DNA of 64,000 bases from an uncultured virus (IMG/VR IMGVR_UViG_3300017776_000001) (lineage: Duplodnaviria > Heunggongvirae > Uroviricota > Caudoviricetes). The stretch spans positions 1 through 64,000 of IMG/VR virus record IMGVR_UViG_3300017776_000001. One strand, written 5' to 3'. The notes under the pieces are model-generated. The model saw only the letters and a list, made by a program, of their open reading frames with translations, ran no database searches and was not told the DNA's origin. The translations under genes and the position numbers were made by a program. Positions 17,624 to 27,458 of this stretch are shown in pieces (the first letter of the stretch is position 1; each line of letters opens with the position of its first letter).

Positions 17624-19965
17624 GTGTATGCAGCTCCTTGAGCTCTATCTATATCATTATCGTATTGTCTTGGATTTGCACTAGTAATCGTAGTACTATT
17701 ATTGATAACACTATTATCAGTTGTTACCATAGCTGGAGGTTGTATGTTCTTCAACATGTTCTCACCTAACACTTCAAAGTCGTAATACTTACCTAACTCT
17801 TCAAGTGTAACTCTTTCACCTGTCTCTGATTGCATGTCTTCTAATTGTTTCTGTGCAGCTGTTTGTGCATCTCTGAGTTCTTGGTCTAATTGTTTTCTAT
17901 CTTCTTTTGATAAATCATCACCAATCAAATCATCTGCAGCCATTAACTGGTCTAAACGTAGAAGTGCATCATCTTGATTAAGTTTGTCAAAGTATATTTC
18001 TGATGACCCCTGTAAGAGATTACCTACAGTATCAAAAAAACCTTGACCACCCTCGTAGGTGTTATCATCGATGATACTCTTTGCAGTGATTTTTTGCATA
18101 CCGAGGAAGTTGGTTTCATCACCTTGTAACTCAGTTCTCTTTAGGTCTAATTCTTCTTTCTTTCTTTTTGCATAATCAGTATCACCTTCACCTTTGTCTT
18201 CATCTGTATTAGCAATGTTACTGTCACGTTTCTCTATTCCAAGGATACCCGCCCCTGCGACTACAAGACCTACTAGAGTTGCAATACCACCAGCACCACC
18301 AAGAAATCCCGTTACTGCAGTACGTAAACCTGTTAAGAGACCACCACCAGCTCTTACTGCAGTACCCTTAGGTGTAGTGGTTCCTTTTGGTTGTTTTGGT
18401 GGAATATTTGAGGGTTTTTGACCACCAAAGTCACCCGACTTACCTATCTTTTTTTGAATAGCTTGACTACCAGCACCAAAACCAGCACCCTGTACAACTG
18501 AATCAAATAAACTACGTCCACCATCTTTAAGTGCATCTTGAAAACCACCCATAGGAGATTTAAAATCTTCTGATGATATAGGATTACCATCTTTATCAAC
18601 TATACTACCTGTTTTCTTTTGACCACCAAATAATTTATCTTTTTGGTCTTCATCCATATCAAGTTGGTCTTGTAGAACTGCAAGGATAGGAGGAAGATTC
18701 GAAAGGAAATCCATCATTGTCTGAGTTTGTTCATCGTCTACATTCTCAGACTTGAAATTTTGTTGTTGTTGCAGTTCTTGTTGTAAGTTTTCTTGTTGCA
18801 CTGGAGTATCGAAACTCCTAGAAAAAGTATTTCTTAACACTTCAACACTTTCTACAGTATTACTTGATATTGCATCAACAGCTTTCTGAGCATCACCATA
18901 AGAATCTATGAAGTCATCTGTAATACCAAAAGTTTGTAACAATGTTTTCTTTGATTCATCTGAGAGGTCTTTAAATTGTTTTTTTTCATCATTTAATTCT
19001 TCTCCAGCTTTGTCATTTAATCCTTCTAGAATACCCTTAGGGTTTTCTGCAAACTCACCCCCATCCATTAATCTAAAACCACCAAAGTTCGGATTCAATG
19101 CATCTTCTACTAATTGTCCATCAGGATTCAAATCTACAGACCTTAGTTCATATGCAAGTCTACTTGAGTTTTCTAAAAAGTCTTTCAAGGTGTCCTCAAA
19201 ACCTGAGGTTTCAAGCATCTCTGCCATATCTTCTGTGATACCAAGAGACTCTTTTAAATTTGCATATGCCTCATCTTTAATTGCTTTTCTCTGTTGTTTA
19301 TCTTGAGAAAGATTACCCTCATCATCAAAAGAGAGTGCTTTACCTTCTGCAAAATTCTTAATTGCACCACCCAAGTCCTTCGTTAAGATTGCATCAAGTT
19401 CTTCACTAGTAGCACTAGTGACTATCGATAAATCTTCTTTTATTTTTTCAACATTGATGGGTTGTTCTTTCTGTATCCTTGATGCAACTTCAGACTTTCT
19501 TTCTTTCTCACCAAGTCTATTTTGTTTATCAATAGACTTTTTTAATTGTTCAGTTACACTAAGTTCTTGTTTAGCTATGTCAACTGCTTTAAATTCTGCA
19601 AAAGCTCCAGTTCCTTCTGCAATACCTTGAAATTTTAATAATTTACCAAACCCTTTGAAGATGTTACCAAGGTCACCTACTTTATCTTTGAGGTCACTAA
19701 ACTTACCACCAATGTCAACACCAGTAAGACCCTTGAGACCTTTGTTAATCATTTCACCACCTTCTTTGAAGTTAGAAGACCCTTGGTTTGATATCTTTGC
19801 AAACTCATCTTTAGTTTTCTTTTGGGTGTCTATACTCTCATCATGTTGTTCTTTTTGACGTTCTTCCATATCCTCGAGTTTTTTATCGAGTTCAGGTGTC
19901 ATTATCTGAACATTAACAGTGTTGTTACTGATTACTTTTTTGATTAGGTCTTCTGCTGATGGCAT
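17620..19965 (-). CDS. Putative baseplate hub / tape-measure-like protein
   Basis: 781 aa, helical, Gly-rich hydrophobic segment; lies downstream of gp26/gp51. Confidence 0.55.
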   Translation of the reverse strand: MPSAEDLIKKVISNNTVNVQIMTPELDKKLEDMEERQKEQHDESIDTQKKTKDEFAKISNQGSSNFKEGGEMINKGLKGLTGVDIGGKFSDLKDKVGDLGNIFKGFGKLLKFQGIAEGTGAFAEFKAVDIAKQELSVTEQLKKSIDKQNRLGEKERKSEVASRIQKEQPINVEKIKEDLSIVTSATSEELDAILTKDLGGAIKNFAEGKALSFDDEGNLSQDKQQRKAIKDEAYANLKESLGITEDMAEMLETSGFEDTLKDFLENSSRLAYELRSVDLNPDGQLVEDALNPNFGGFRLMDGGEFAENPKGILEGLNDKAGEELNDEKKQFKDLSDESKKTLLQTFGITDDFIDSYGDAQKAVDAISSNTVESVEVLRNTFSRSFDTPVQQENLQQELQQQQNFKSENVDDEQTQTMMDFLSNLPPILAVLQDQLDMDEDQKDKLFGGQKKTGSIVDKDGNPISSEDFKSPMGGFQDALKDGGRSLFDSVVQGAGFGAGSQAIQKKIGKSGDFGGQKPSNIPPKQPKGTTTPKGTAVRAGGGLLTGLRTAVTGFLGGAGGIATLVGLVVAGAGILGIEKRDSNIANTDEDKGEGDTDYAKRKKEELDLKRTELQGDETNFLGMQKITAKSIIDDNTYEGGQGFFDTVGNLLQGSSEIYFDKLNQDDALLRLDQLMAADDLIGDDLSKEDRKQLDQELRDAQTAAQKQLEDMQSETGERVTLEELGKYYDFEVLGENMLKNIQPPAMVTTDNSVINNSTTITSANPRQYDNDIDRAQGAAYT

Positions 19966-19968
19966 GAT

Positions 19969-20358
19969 TTATTTCCCGAATGCTTTTCCTGCTTCTGATA
20001 TTCCAAATGCACCCAATGTAATAACTACAAAGGAAGTGTAGATAGTGTCAGAGATGAGTAAGTCCATACCCCAAAATGCAGTGATTAGGTCACATAATCC
20101 AAACACTACCATGATTCCAAATGATGTAAAACCAATGATAGATTTCTCATTGATATCATTCTCATCACGGAACAATGCACCAAATGAAAATCTCTCGACT
20201 GGTTTTGCAGCTGCAGTTGCAATCTTGAGTTCCTTGGACATCTTTTCCATTTCTCTAATTTTGTCTTGTGCTTCATCCACCTTTAATACAAGTTCAGTAT
20301 ACTTCTCAAGGTTTACCTTGACTTCTCCACTTCCTTGTTTGACTGTATCGTCTGCCAT
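19969..20358 (-). CDS. Two-TM membrane protein (holin-like candidate)
   Basis: N-terminal coiled coil, two C-terminal hydrophobic helices. Confidence 0.55.
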   Translation of the reverse strand: MADDTVKQGSGEVKVNLEKYTELVLKVDEAQDKIREMEKMSKELKIATAAAKPVERFSFGALFRDENDINEKSIIGFTSFGIMVVFGLCDLITAFWGMDLLISDTIYTSFVVITLGAFGISEAGKAFGK

Positions 20359-20360
20359 TT

Positions 20361-20549
20361 TTATCTCCTGTTTTGTCTTTGCTTCATCTTTTCGTTTTCG
20401 TCTTTAAGATGTTGTACTAAGAGACTCGTATAGATATCTCTTTCCCATGGTAACATATTTTCCAATTCTGATAATGAATACTTATGATGTTGCATTAATT
20501 GAAAGTTTGTTTGATAGTATGTGTTTATACTGTCATGAGAAAGAGCCAC
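20361..20549 (-). CDS. 51: Baseplate hub assembly catalyst gp51
   Basis: YYQTNFQLMQHHKYSLSELENMLPWERDIY. Confidence 0.9.
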   Translation of the reverse strand: MALSHDSINTYYQTNFQLMQHHKYSLSELENMLPWERDIYTSLLVQHLKDENEKMKQRQNRR

Positions 20550-21259
20550 TAAAAAAAATTAGATAGACCCTTCAATTCTCTTTCACCTTTTGTCTTACAC
20601 GTAGAACACTCATATTCTACTTTGTGTGAAACGAAAGGCATACCCATAAAGAATGATTGTATATCATTTGAGTTCTCTATGGTTAAACTCTCATAAAATG
20701 TTTTCATTTCATCTTCTTCTACATCAGATAAATCGTATACATTGTCTTCATCATAGATTGTGTCACCACATAATCTAATCATTTGAAATACCTGTTCTTG
20801 TGTATCAGGTATTCCACTTACTTTTTGTAGTACTTCAATGTTAGGATACGTAAATGTAATTCCAACACCTTCACTTACTTTGATATCATTCGACTTTTCG
20901 TTTTCTCTACTAACAACAATTTCACTTAAGTCTATGTTAACGTCAGCAGAACCATTTTCACATTCCTCATTTTGACAGTAGAACCTCAGTTGAATAGTTT
21001 CACCAACTGATTTTGCTCTTACTTGAATAAACAAATATTCAATATCAAAACTTGGTAGTCTTCTAATATCAAGTTTTGTATAGACAACCGATTCCAAGAG
21101 TTGTCTTACAGTTTCCAAGATTGCAATCTCGGTCTCTCCTTCTTTCATCATTAAAAGAAGTTTCTGTTCTTTGACCAAGAAAGGTCGAAACTCTACTGTT
21201 TCTCCTGTACTTGGTAGTTCACATTGATACCTTGGTGTATCTAAAACGGGTAATCCCAT
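20549..21259 (-). CDS. 26: Baseplate hub subunit gp26
   Basis: LPSTGETVEFRPFLVKEQKLLL, FDIEYLFIQVRAKSVGE, C-terminal GLSNFF. Confidence 0.93.
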   Translation of the reverse strand: MGLPVLDTPRYQCELPSTGETVEFRPFLVKEQKLLLMMKEGETEIAILETVRQLLESVVYTKLDIRRLPSFDIEYLFIQVRAKSVGETIQLRFYCQNEECENGSADVNIDLSEIVVSRENEKSNDIKVSEGVGITFTYPNIEVLQKVSGIPDTQEQVFQMIRLCGDTIYDEDNVYDLSDVEEDEMKTFYESLTIENSNDIQSFFMGMPFVSHKVEYECSTCKTKGERELKGLSNFF

Positions 21260-21284
21260 AATATAGTTCTCCTATTATATAATA

Positions 21285-22103
21285 TTAATCACCACCCAAC
21301 AGGTTATTAATCCTGTCGATTGTTGATGTTCCACGGTTAACTTGTCCTTCGATTCTGTTAACTCTTCCAAGAATGTCTGCAGCTCTATCACTAAACGATG
21401 ATGCACCACTCAACAATTCTTTAAATCTGTCTAATGCAGAAGGTTCTGTTAATCTTCTTGCATTAATAATATCGTCTCTTGTTCTTTGTTTTGACACCAT
21501 CTCGTTGTATATTTCTTCATACTTACTATCTCTTACTGTAATATTCATTGGTGTCTTTTTCTGATAAGTGAATGAGAAATCTACAGTTACTAGTAGAGGT
21601 GTATCGACATTAGTTTGGTCTAATGCAACTGTTTGTATAGATACTGGGAAACACTCTTCTAACTCAGTCTTGTAAGTTATTTGTCCATTTCTAGTAAAAG
21701 TCATTACTTCTATCTTACCGATGTAATCTTTTTTAAAATTAAAGATTGGTGCCTTTTCCGTGTCTCCTGTAAGAGGACTGTAAACTAGTTCTTGCCATAA
21801 TTGTATAAGTGATATATCTTCCCATGAATTATCTACCATGAAAGATAGTGTGGTTTGACCACCATTGTTATCTACACCACTAGGATATTTTCTTAACACT
21901 CCATATGTTGAGTGTTCAGATGTGGTAATCGTTGTTGCTGGTATCTCTGCAGTTACACACCGAATACCTTCGATACCGAATGAAGTTTCTAATCCATTTA
22001 TTTTAGGGCCAAATAAGTTAACCACAAACAGATTAGGTTTTGCAACACCATACTGCATTGCAGATTTAATCTTGTTAGGGCCTCCCATTTCTACTTTTGC
22101 CAT
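21285..22103 (-). CDS. Tail tube-like baseplate protein (gp54/gp19 family)
   Basis: AKPNLFVV, FKKDYIGKIEV, LEECFPVSI...L, VTVDFSF; synteny. Confidence 0.75.
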   Translation of the reverse strand: MAKVEMGGPNKIKSAMQYGVAKPNLFVVNLFGPKINGLETSFGIEGIRCVTAEIPATTITTSEHSTYGVLRKYPSGVDNNGGQTTLSFMVDNSWEDISLIQLWQELVYSPLTGDTEKAPIFNFKKDYIGKIEVMTFTRNGQITYKTELEECFPVSIQTVALDQTNVDTPLLVTVDFSFTYQKKTPMNITVRDSKYEEIYNEMVSKQRTRDDIINARRLTEPSALDRFKELLSGASSFSDRAADILGRVNRIEGQVNRGTSTIDRINNLLGGD

Positions 22104-22693
22104 TACATTGCCTCTATTGTTTTTCTACTATCTGAATAAACAGTGTTTGCATTTACTGTAAACATCTGTGATGGTAACATGGTAATAAGTTCCCACTTAT
22201 CCACGGGTACCTCTACTATCTTACTTTGCACTTGACTGTACAAGTATTGTTTAAAACAGGGTTTGAAGAATCTTAGTCGTCTTATACCCTCTAACAAATC
22301 GTATTTTAATCTAAACTTAGTGTTCTCGTCCATATTTCTATCAGACATAAACTCATCTATTCTGTTTATAAACTCTACTCTCATTCTTGGTGGAAGATAG
22401 TGTAGATTCAATCCTGTAAAGTGAGTAGGTTTTCTATCTAAAGTTATAATTAATGGAAATCTATCGTAGTAGGGAAGTTTTTCTTTATGTTTTGCATCGT
22501 AGAAAAACATATGAATCTTTCCTTCTTCCATGTTTGCAACTTTTCTACCTTCAGTAAGTAAGTTTTTTCTACCTGTCTCAGTCAAACGAATTTGTCTAAG
22601 ATTATCCTTGAACCATTCTATACTTTCTCTAGTATGTTCTTCAATCTCTACAGGTTTAAGTGCTAAATATCTTGCTACTAAGTTTATTGCCAT
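22103..22693 (-). CDS. 2: DNA end protector gp2
   Basis: FFYDAKHKEKLPYYDRFPL, GLNLHYLPP, FKPCFKQYL. Confidence 0.93.
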   Translation of the reverse strand: MAINLVARYLALKPVEIEEHTRESIEWFKDNLRQIRLTETGRKNLLTEGRKVANMEEGKIHMFFYDAKHKEKLPYYDRFPLIITLDRKPTHFTGLNLHYLPPRMRVEFINRIDEFMSDRNMDENTKFRLKYDLLEGIRRLRFFKPCFKQYLYSQVQSKIVEVPVDKWELITMLPSQMFTVNANTVYSDSRKTIEAM

Positions 22694-22701
22694 AATACTA
22701 T

Positions 22702-23139
22702 TTATGACTTTACTAACTCATCTTCTGTAAGAATTCTAAAATTAAATTTCCTGTCTTTACACCACTCTTCTGCAGCTTTAAATTTTGCTTGGTTCACTGC
22801 ATAGGTTTTGATTTCTGTAAGATATCGTTTAGTTCTACGTTTAGGTTTTTTGGGGGGTGATAGTTGACCTTTAGGTTTGACTTCTATAATCTCACGTATG
22901 ATTTGACCTTTTGCATTTTGATATTTGATATAGAAGTCAGGAAAGTATCTGTGGACTCTCTTATCTACAGGCGAACGGTATGGTATGATAACCTCTTCAG
23001 AGTTCCATTCTATAATTTTATCATTGTTATCCAAGTAGACCATGAATCGTCTTTCCCATAAAGAACGATAGATTATCTTCGTTGGGTCACCTTTATATTT
23101 TTTATAGTTCTTTGGTTTGAACCTTCCACTGTATGACAT
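22702..23139 (-). CDS. 4: Head completion nuclease gp4
   Basis: YSGRFKPKNYKKYKGDPTKIIYRSLWE, HRYFPDF, IEVKP, VNQAKFKAA; start moved to MSYSG. Confidence 0.95.
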   Translation of the reverse strand: MSYSGRFKPKNYKKYKGDPTKIIYRSLWERRFMVYLDNNDKIIEWNSEEVIIPYRSPVDKRVHRYFPDFYIKYQNAKGQIIREIIEVKPKGQLSPPKKPKRRTKRYLTEIKTYAVNQAKFKAAEEWCKDRKFNFRILTEDELVKS

Positions 23140-23167
23140 AAATAGATGTATAGTTAAGGTATTTATA
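23137..23167. promoter_or_regulatory. Pair of oppositely oriented T4-type late promoters
   Basis: CATAAATA on + (23137-23144) toward gp48; TATAAATA on - (23160-23167) toward gp4. Confidence 0.65.
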
Positions 23168-23168
23168 T

Positions 23169-24248
23169 ATGGCAAACGTAATAGACAAAATAATCAAGAA
23201 AGTCAATCAGGCAGAAGACATCATTGATACTATCAAAGGTATAGGTTCTTTATTTGAGGATAAAGACTTATCTAGAGACCCAGCTGCACAAACAGAAAAT
23301 CGGGGTGAGGTAAATATTGATGCAATCCAACTGCAAGCTGCAAATACAACCAAGAAATTGGATGCAAGAAGGAAGAAAGTAGCTGCTGAAGCCTCTGCAA
23401 AGTATGGGCCTATCATGGCACGTGTTAAAAACCCACCAAAGGGTAGAACATTATTTTTAACATACCCTTTAGAGAATTCATTTGAGACACCATCCTTCTT
23501 GAGGTTCAATTCTAATCATAAGAGTAGGGGTACATTAGCAGGAGATGCTACATCTGAAGTACAAGATTTAGATTATCCAACAATGGACAATTTTGATATT
23601 GATATTGCATTGTATTTACCCGATAACTTTCAAAACTCTCAGACGGTTTCTTACAAACAGGAAAAGTTAAGTGGATTAGCTGCAAAATATGCTGATGGAA
23701 ATACAGACATGTTTTATGGTATGTATAAAAGTTTATTAGAATCTACTGATTTGGGTAAAGTGCAAAACAAAAAACTAGGGATTGCACTCAATCCATTAGA
23801 GGAAAAACTTTTTGATACTGTACAATTTAGAAACCACACATTTGATTTTGAATTCTATCCCGAATCAGAATCTGAGGCAAGAGAAGTAAACAGAATTATA
23901 TACTGGTTTAAGATGGGTATGTTACCTAACTTTGGTACTGCACCAAGGTCTTCAGTCTTTAACACTCCAAACACTTGGGATATAACAGTTAATGGTATGT
24001 CTGAAAAAGTATTAGAAGGATTTGAAGAATCTGTACTTACTGGAGTGACAGTAAACTATGGTGGTGGGCAAAAGTTTGCAATATTCAATCAAGGCACACC
24101 AGTCAAAACCACACTTAACTTACAATTTTCAGAAACAAAGATTATCACTCAGGGTAATTATCATAAGAAAGTTGCATCACCAAGTATGAGAGCTCTTGCA
24201 GAATCTGATACAAAACCAGTTAGAGATAGTAACAACGGAGCAGGATAA
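23169..24248 (+). CDS. 48: Baseplate tail tube cap gp48
   Basis: YPLE, IALYLP, NPLEEKLF..VQFRNHTFDFEFYPESESEA, LNLQFSETKIIT. Confidence 0.88.
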   Translation: MANVIDKIIKKVNQAEDIIDTIKGIGSLFEDKDLSRDPAAQTENRGEVNIDAIQLQAANTTKKLDARRKKVAAEASAKYGPIMARVKNPPKGRTLFLTYPLENSFETPSFLRFNSNHKSRGTLAGDATSEVQDLDYPTMDNFDIDIALYLPDNFQNSQTVSYKQEKLSGLAAKYADGNTDMFYGMYKSLLESTDLGKVQNKKLGIALNPLEEKLFDTVQFRNHTFDFEFYPESESEAREVNRIIYWFKMGMLPNFGTAPRSSVFNTPNTWDITVNGMSEKVLEGFEESVLTGVTVNYGGGQKFAIFNQGTPVKTTLNLQFSETKIITQGNYHKKVASPSMRALAESDTKPVRDSNNGAG

Positions 24249-24976
24249 TGAGTAATTATTTCGATAACTTCCCCGAATTAGTTTACACTTTTGATTCAGG
24301 TGTAACAGTGTATGTTAAAGATATATTTAAGAAAGTAGGTATATCTCAGAAAAATTTCAACAACGTTATCTCATACGAAAAATACAATATCAAAGAAGGT
24401 GAAAGACCCGATGTAGTTGCATCTAAGTTATATAAAAATTCAGACCTATATTGGACGTTTTACCTTGTCAACGACTTTGATAACTTTGATGATTGGTTTA
24501 AAGACACACAAGAGTTTGAAAAACATTTAGATAAAGTATATAAAGGTAAATGGTTGGTTGCATCATCTTCTTCAGATGTTGTATCATATAATTTTACAAG
24601 TAATCCACCTAAATCAGAAAAGTTTGTATTGGGTGAAAAGGTTACAGTTGGGTCAAAGAGTGGAACTGTTCTTAAAGTAGACCCTACATATAATAGAATC
24701 TTAGTAGATACTGATTCAAAATTCAATGCATCTGAAACAATAACAGGTGCAGTCAGTTCCAAATCTTTCACCATGTCTAGTGTACAAGATGCAAGAGACG
24801 GTGTGTGTTATTATGAAAATGATAATGGTTTAAGAACCAATGTTCCTACATCAGGTTATACATCTGTAACTTTTTATGAGAAAGAGTTAAATGAAAACGA
24901 GGAAAAAAGGTCTATCAAAGTTATCAACCCATCTCTAATGGGTAGAGTGATTGATGAGTTTGAAAGACTAATCTAA
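24248..24976 (+). CDS. 53: Baseplate wedge subunit gp53
   Basis: YFDNFP, GERPDVVASKLY...LYW, ENEEKRSIKVI. Confidence 0.92.
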   Translation: MSNYFDNFPELVYTFDSGVTVYVKDIFKKVGISQKNFNNVISYEKYNIKEGERPDVVASKLYKNSDLYWTFYLVNDFDNFDDWFKDTQEFEKHLDKVYKGKWLVASSSSDVVSYNFTSNPPKSEKFVLGEKVTVGSKSGTVLKVDPTYNRILVDTDSKFNASETITGAVSSKSFTMSSVQDARDGVCYYENDNGLRTNVPTSGYTSVTFYEKELNENEEKRSIKVINPSLMGRVIDEFERLI

Positions 24977-24978
24977 TA

Positions 24979-26442
24979 ATGTCAGGTAATCAAAATATAC
25001 AACCCAAAACTATTTCTATAGGTGGGGTAATTTTAGTAAATCAGTTTGGGGACTCGGTTGATTTATCAGAAGTGTTTACAACACTGTATCTTCAAGAAAG
25101 TATCCATTCCAAGTTTGTATCGGGACAGATACAAATTATGGATTCACTAAACTTACTCAGAAGTTTTAGAATGACAGGTCAGGAATACATCACTTTAGAA
25201 ATTGCACAATTTGAAGGTAATGAAGAAGTATCGAAAGATAGTAAGATTACAAAAAACTTTAGAGTGTTCAAAGCTGTCAAAGAACAAAGAGTTGACCTTG
25301 CAAGTACAAGTTATACATTACACATATGTGACCCTATGTTGATGAGAGGATTGAAGAAACGAGTATCCAAAGTGTATAGAGGTTCCATGACAAGTATTCT
25401 TGCAAATCTTATGGTGGATGAATTAGATGCAAAACAAGATGAGTTAGATTTGTTTGTTGATTCAGAACCAAAGAATGTTCAGTTTATTAGTCCTAATTGG
25501 AATGTCAATAGTGTATTAGAGTTTTGTAAAGATAATGCAGATATCTCAGACAAACGAGTTGCATATAAAAATTCATTCTTTTTATTCTCTACACTCACGG
25601 GTGGGATAAGATTCATGCCCTTACATGAAATGATAAAGTTGAATGCACCTGTCAAATTTACATACAGAGATAGGTCTTCGATTGATAGTAGAGAGTTATC
25701 TAGAGAAGAACAACAGGTAGGTTTAAATACTCAAATAATCAAGTATCACCGACCCTCACATTTCAATACTTTAAGAGGGTTACAAAATGGTGGTTTTGCA
25801 TCAACACTAAAAACATTAAATCCTGTATCTAAGATTGTAAAGAGTAGTGTATTTGATATCGATAAACACTTTAGTGAAACAAGAAGAGACCACGTATCGG
25901 GTTATCACATGATTAAGTCAGGGCCTGAGAAAATATTAAAAGGTAAAATGTTACAAGACCAAGATGTGTCACCCGAAGTTGTTTCACTTGGAGAAGAAGA
26001 TGGTCTGAATGAATCACACAATTCAGTAGTTAAGTATGATTACTTAATGCCTCATGCATATGACAATAGAAAAAAGGTAGATGATAAGGAAGTGTTCGTA
26101 TCATATAATGCAGACAACAATGAAAATAATTGTTTACAAAGACGAGCAATGTTGGAACAACTACAACAAAACACTGTTATAGTAGAAGTATCTGCAAGGT
26201 CAGATATATCTGTGGGTACAGTTGTAGAATTAGACATTCCAGCAGCTGAGGTTGCACATGACGATGGTATGATGCCTAGAGATGAAAAAACAGATGATAG
26301 ATATTTGATTACTGATATGACACTAGAGATAGGAAACAAAGATTTTAGTAAGTTAATATTAGAGTGTGTGAAGGAATCATTTGCAAAACCTATAGAACAG
26401 GTGAAAGTAGATGATACACCAACGAGAGGTAGGAGAGCATGA
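24979..26442 (+). CDS. Baseplate hub protein (gp27-like)
   Basis: QESIHSKFVSGQIQIMDS...GQEYI; ISVGTVVEL...RYLIT; lies between 53 and 5. Confidence 0.7.
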   Translation: MSGNQNIQPKTISIGGVILVNQFGDSVDLSEVFTTLYLQESIHSKFVSGQIQIMDSLNLLRSFRMTGQEYITLEIAQFEGNEEVSKDSKITKNFRVFKAVKEQRVDLASTSYTLHICDPMLMRGLKKRVSKVYRGSMTSILANLMVDELDAKQDELDLFVDSEPKNVQFISPNWNVNSVLEFCKDNADISDKRVAYKNSFFLFSTLTGGIRFMPLHEMIKLNAPVKFTYRDRSSIDSRELSREEQQVGLNTQIIKYHRPSHFNTLRGLQNGGFASTLKTLNPVSKIVKSSVFDIDKHFSETRRDHVSGYHMIKSGPEKILKGKMLQDQDVSPEVVSLGEEDGLNESHNSVVKYDYLMPHAYDNRKKVDDKEVFVSYNADNNENNCLQRRAMLEQLQQNTVIVEVSARSDISVGTVVELDIPAAEVAHDDGMMPRDEKTDDRYLITDMTLEIGNKDFSKLILECVKESFAKPIEQVKVDDTPTRGRRA

Positions 26443-27458
26443 TAAATTTTTATGGAGTAGTTGAAGATAGACATGACCCTCTAAAGATAGGAAGGGTTCG
26501 TGTTCGTATTCATGGGTATCACACTCATGACAAACAAATGATATCAACACCCGACTTACCATGGTGTCAAGTAATTCTTCCAACTACATCTACAGGTCAT
26601 TCAGGTTTTGGTACACAACATGGTTTGACTGAGGGTACAAACGTTGTAGGTTTCTTTAGAGATAAATCTATGCAAGACCCAGTCATAACAGGTGTGGTTG
26701 CTGGTATCTCACCCGAACATTCTAGAGAAGATGATAACCAAAAATACAGACCTAAAACATCTGAAGGATTCAATGACCCAAGACTTTTGTCGAAGGGAGA
26801 ATACAAAAATACACCCGATGGTGAGAATCCTAAACACTCATCACAAAGAGGATTTGGACTAGACGTATCAATCGAAGAGTCACCTAAGTTACCAAAGAAA
26901 GTTAAAATAGATTACGAAGGTGAGGGGTCAGAAGTAGACTATGATAAAGTAAGTAAATCTGATTTACCATATTATCCACTAGAAAGAGGTGAGAGTGATT
27001 TAGGTAAATACCATACAGGTGAAAAACCAAACTACAAAGATAGAGAGATACCTCTAGACAATTTTAAAGACAAAGATATTGGTGTAAAAAGAGAACCTAA
27101 GTATCCTTACAATAAAACAACATTCACAGAATCAGGTCATTTACTAGAAGTAGATGATACACTTGAACATGAAAGAATTGCAGTTCAACACAGGTCAGGA
27201 ACATTCCATGAGATTCATCATGATGGTTCTGAGGTAACTAGGATTGTCAATGACAGATACACAGTTGTCTGTAAAGATGATGAGGTGTACATCGGTGGTA
27301 AAGTAAATGTCAAGATTTTAGGTGATGCAAAATTAGACGTGGGTGGTGATGCACAAATTGATGTGACAGGTGAAACAGATATCACATCTATCAAAGACTT
27401 AACAGTCACTGCACCCACTATCGGTCTTTACGCAAACGAAATTAAACTTAACTCATAA
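26439..27458 (+). CDS. 5: Baseplate central spike gp5 (no lysozyme domain)
   Basis: GVVEDRHDPLKIGRVRVRIHG, LPW, VVGFFRD, YPYN...TESGHLLEVDDT..ERI...HRSGTF, short beta-helix. Confidence 0.93.
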   Translation: MINFYGVVEDRHDPLKIGRVRVRIHGYHTHDKQMISTPDLPWCQVILPTTSTGHSGFGTQHGLTEGTNVVGFFRDKSMQDPVITGVVAGISPEHSREDDNQKYRPKTSEGFNDPRLLSKGEYKNTPDGENPKHSSQRGFGLDVSIEESPKLPKKVKIDYEGEGSEVDYDKVSKSDLPYYPLERGESDLGKYHTGEKPNYKDREIPLDNFKDKDIGVKREPKYPYNKTTFTESGHLLEVDDTLEHERIAVQHRSGTFHEIHHDGSEVTRIVNDRYTVVCKDDEVYIGGKVNVKILGDAKLDVGGDAQIDVTGETDITSIKDLTVTAPTIGLYANEIKLNS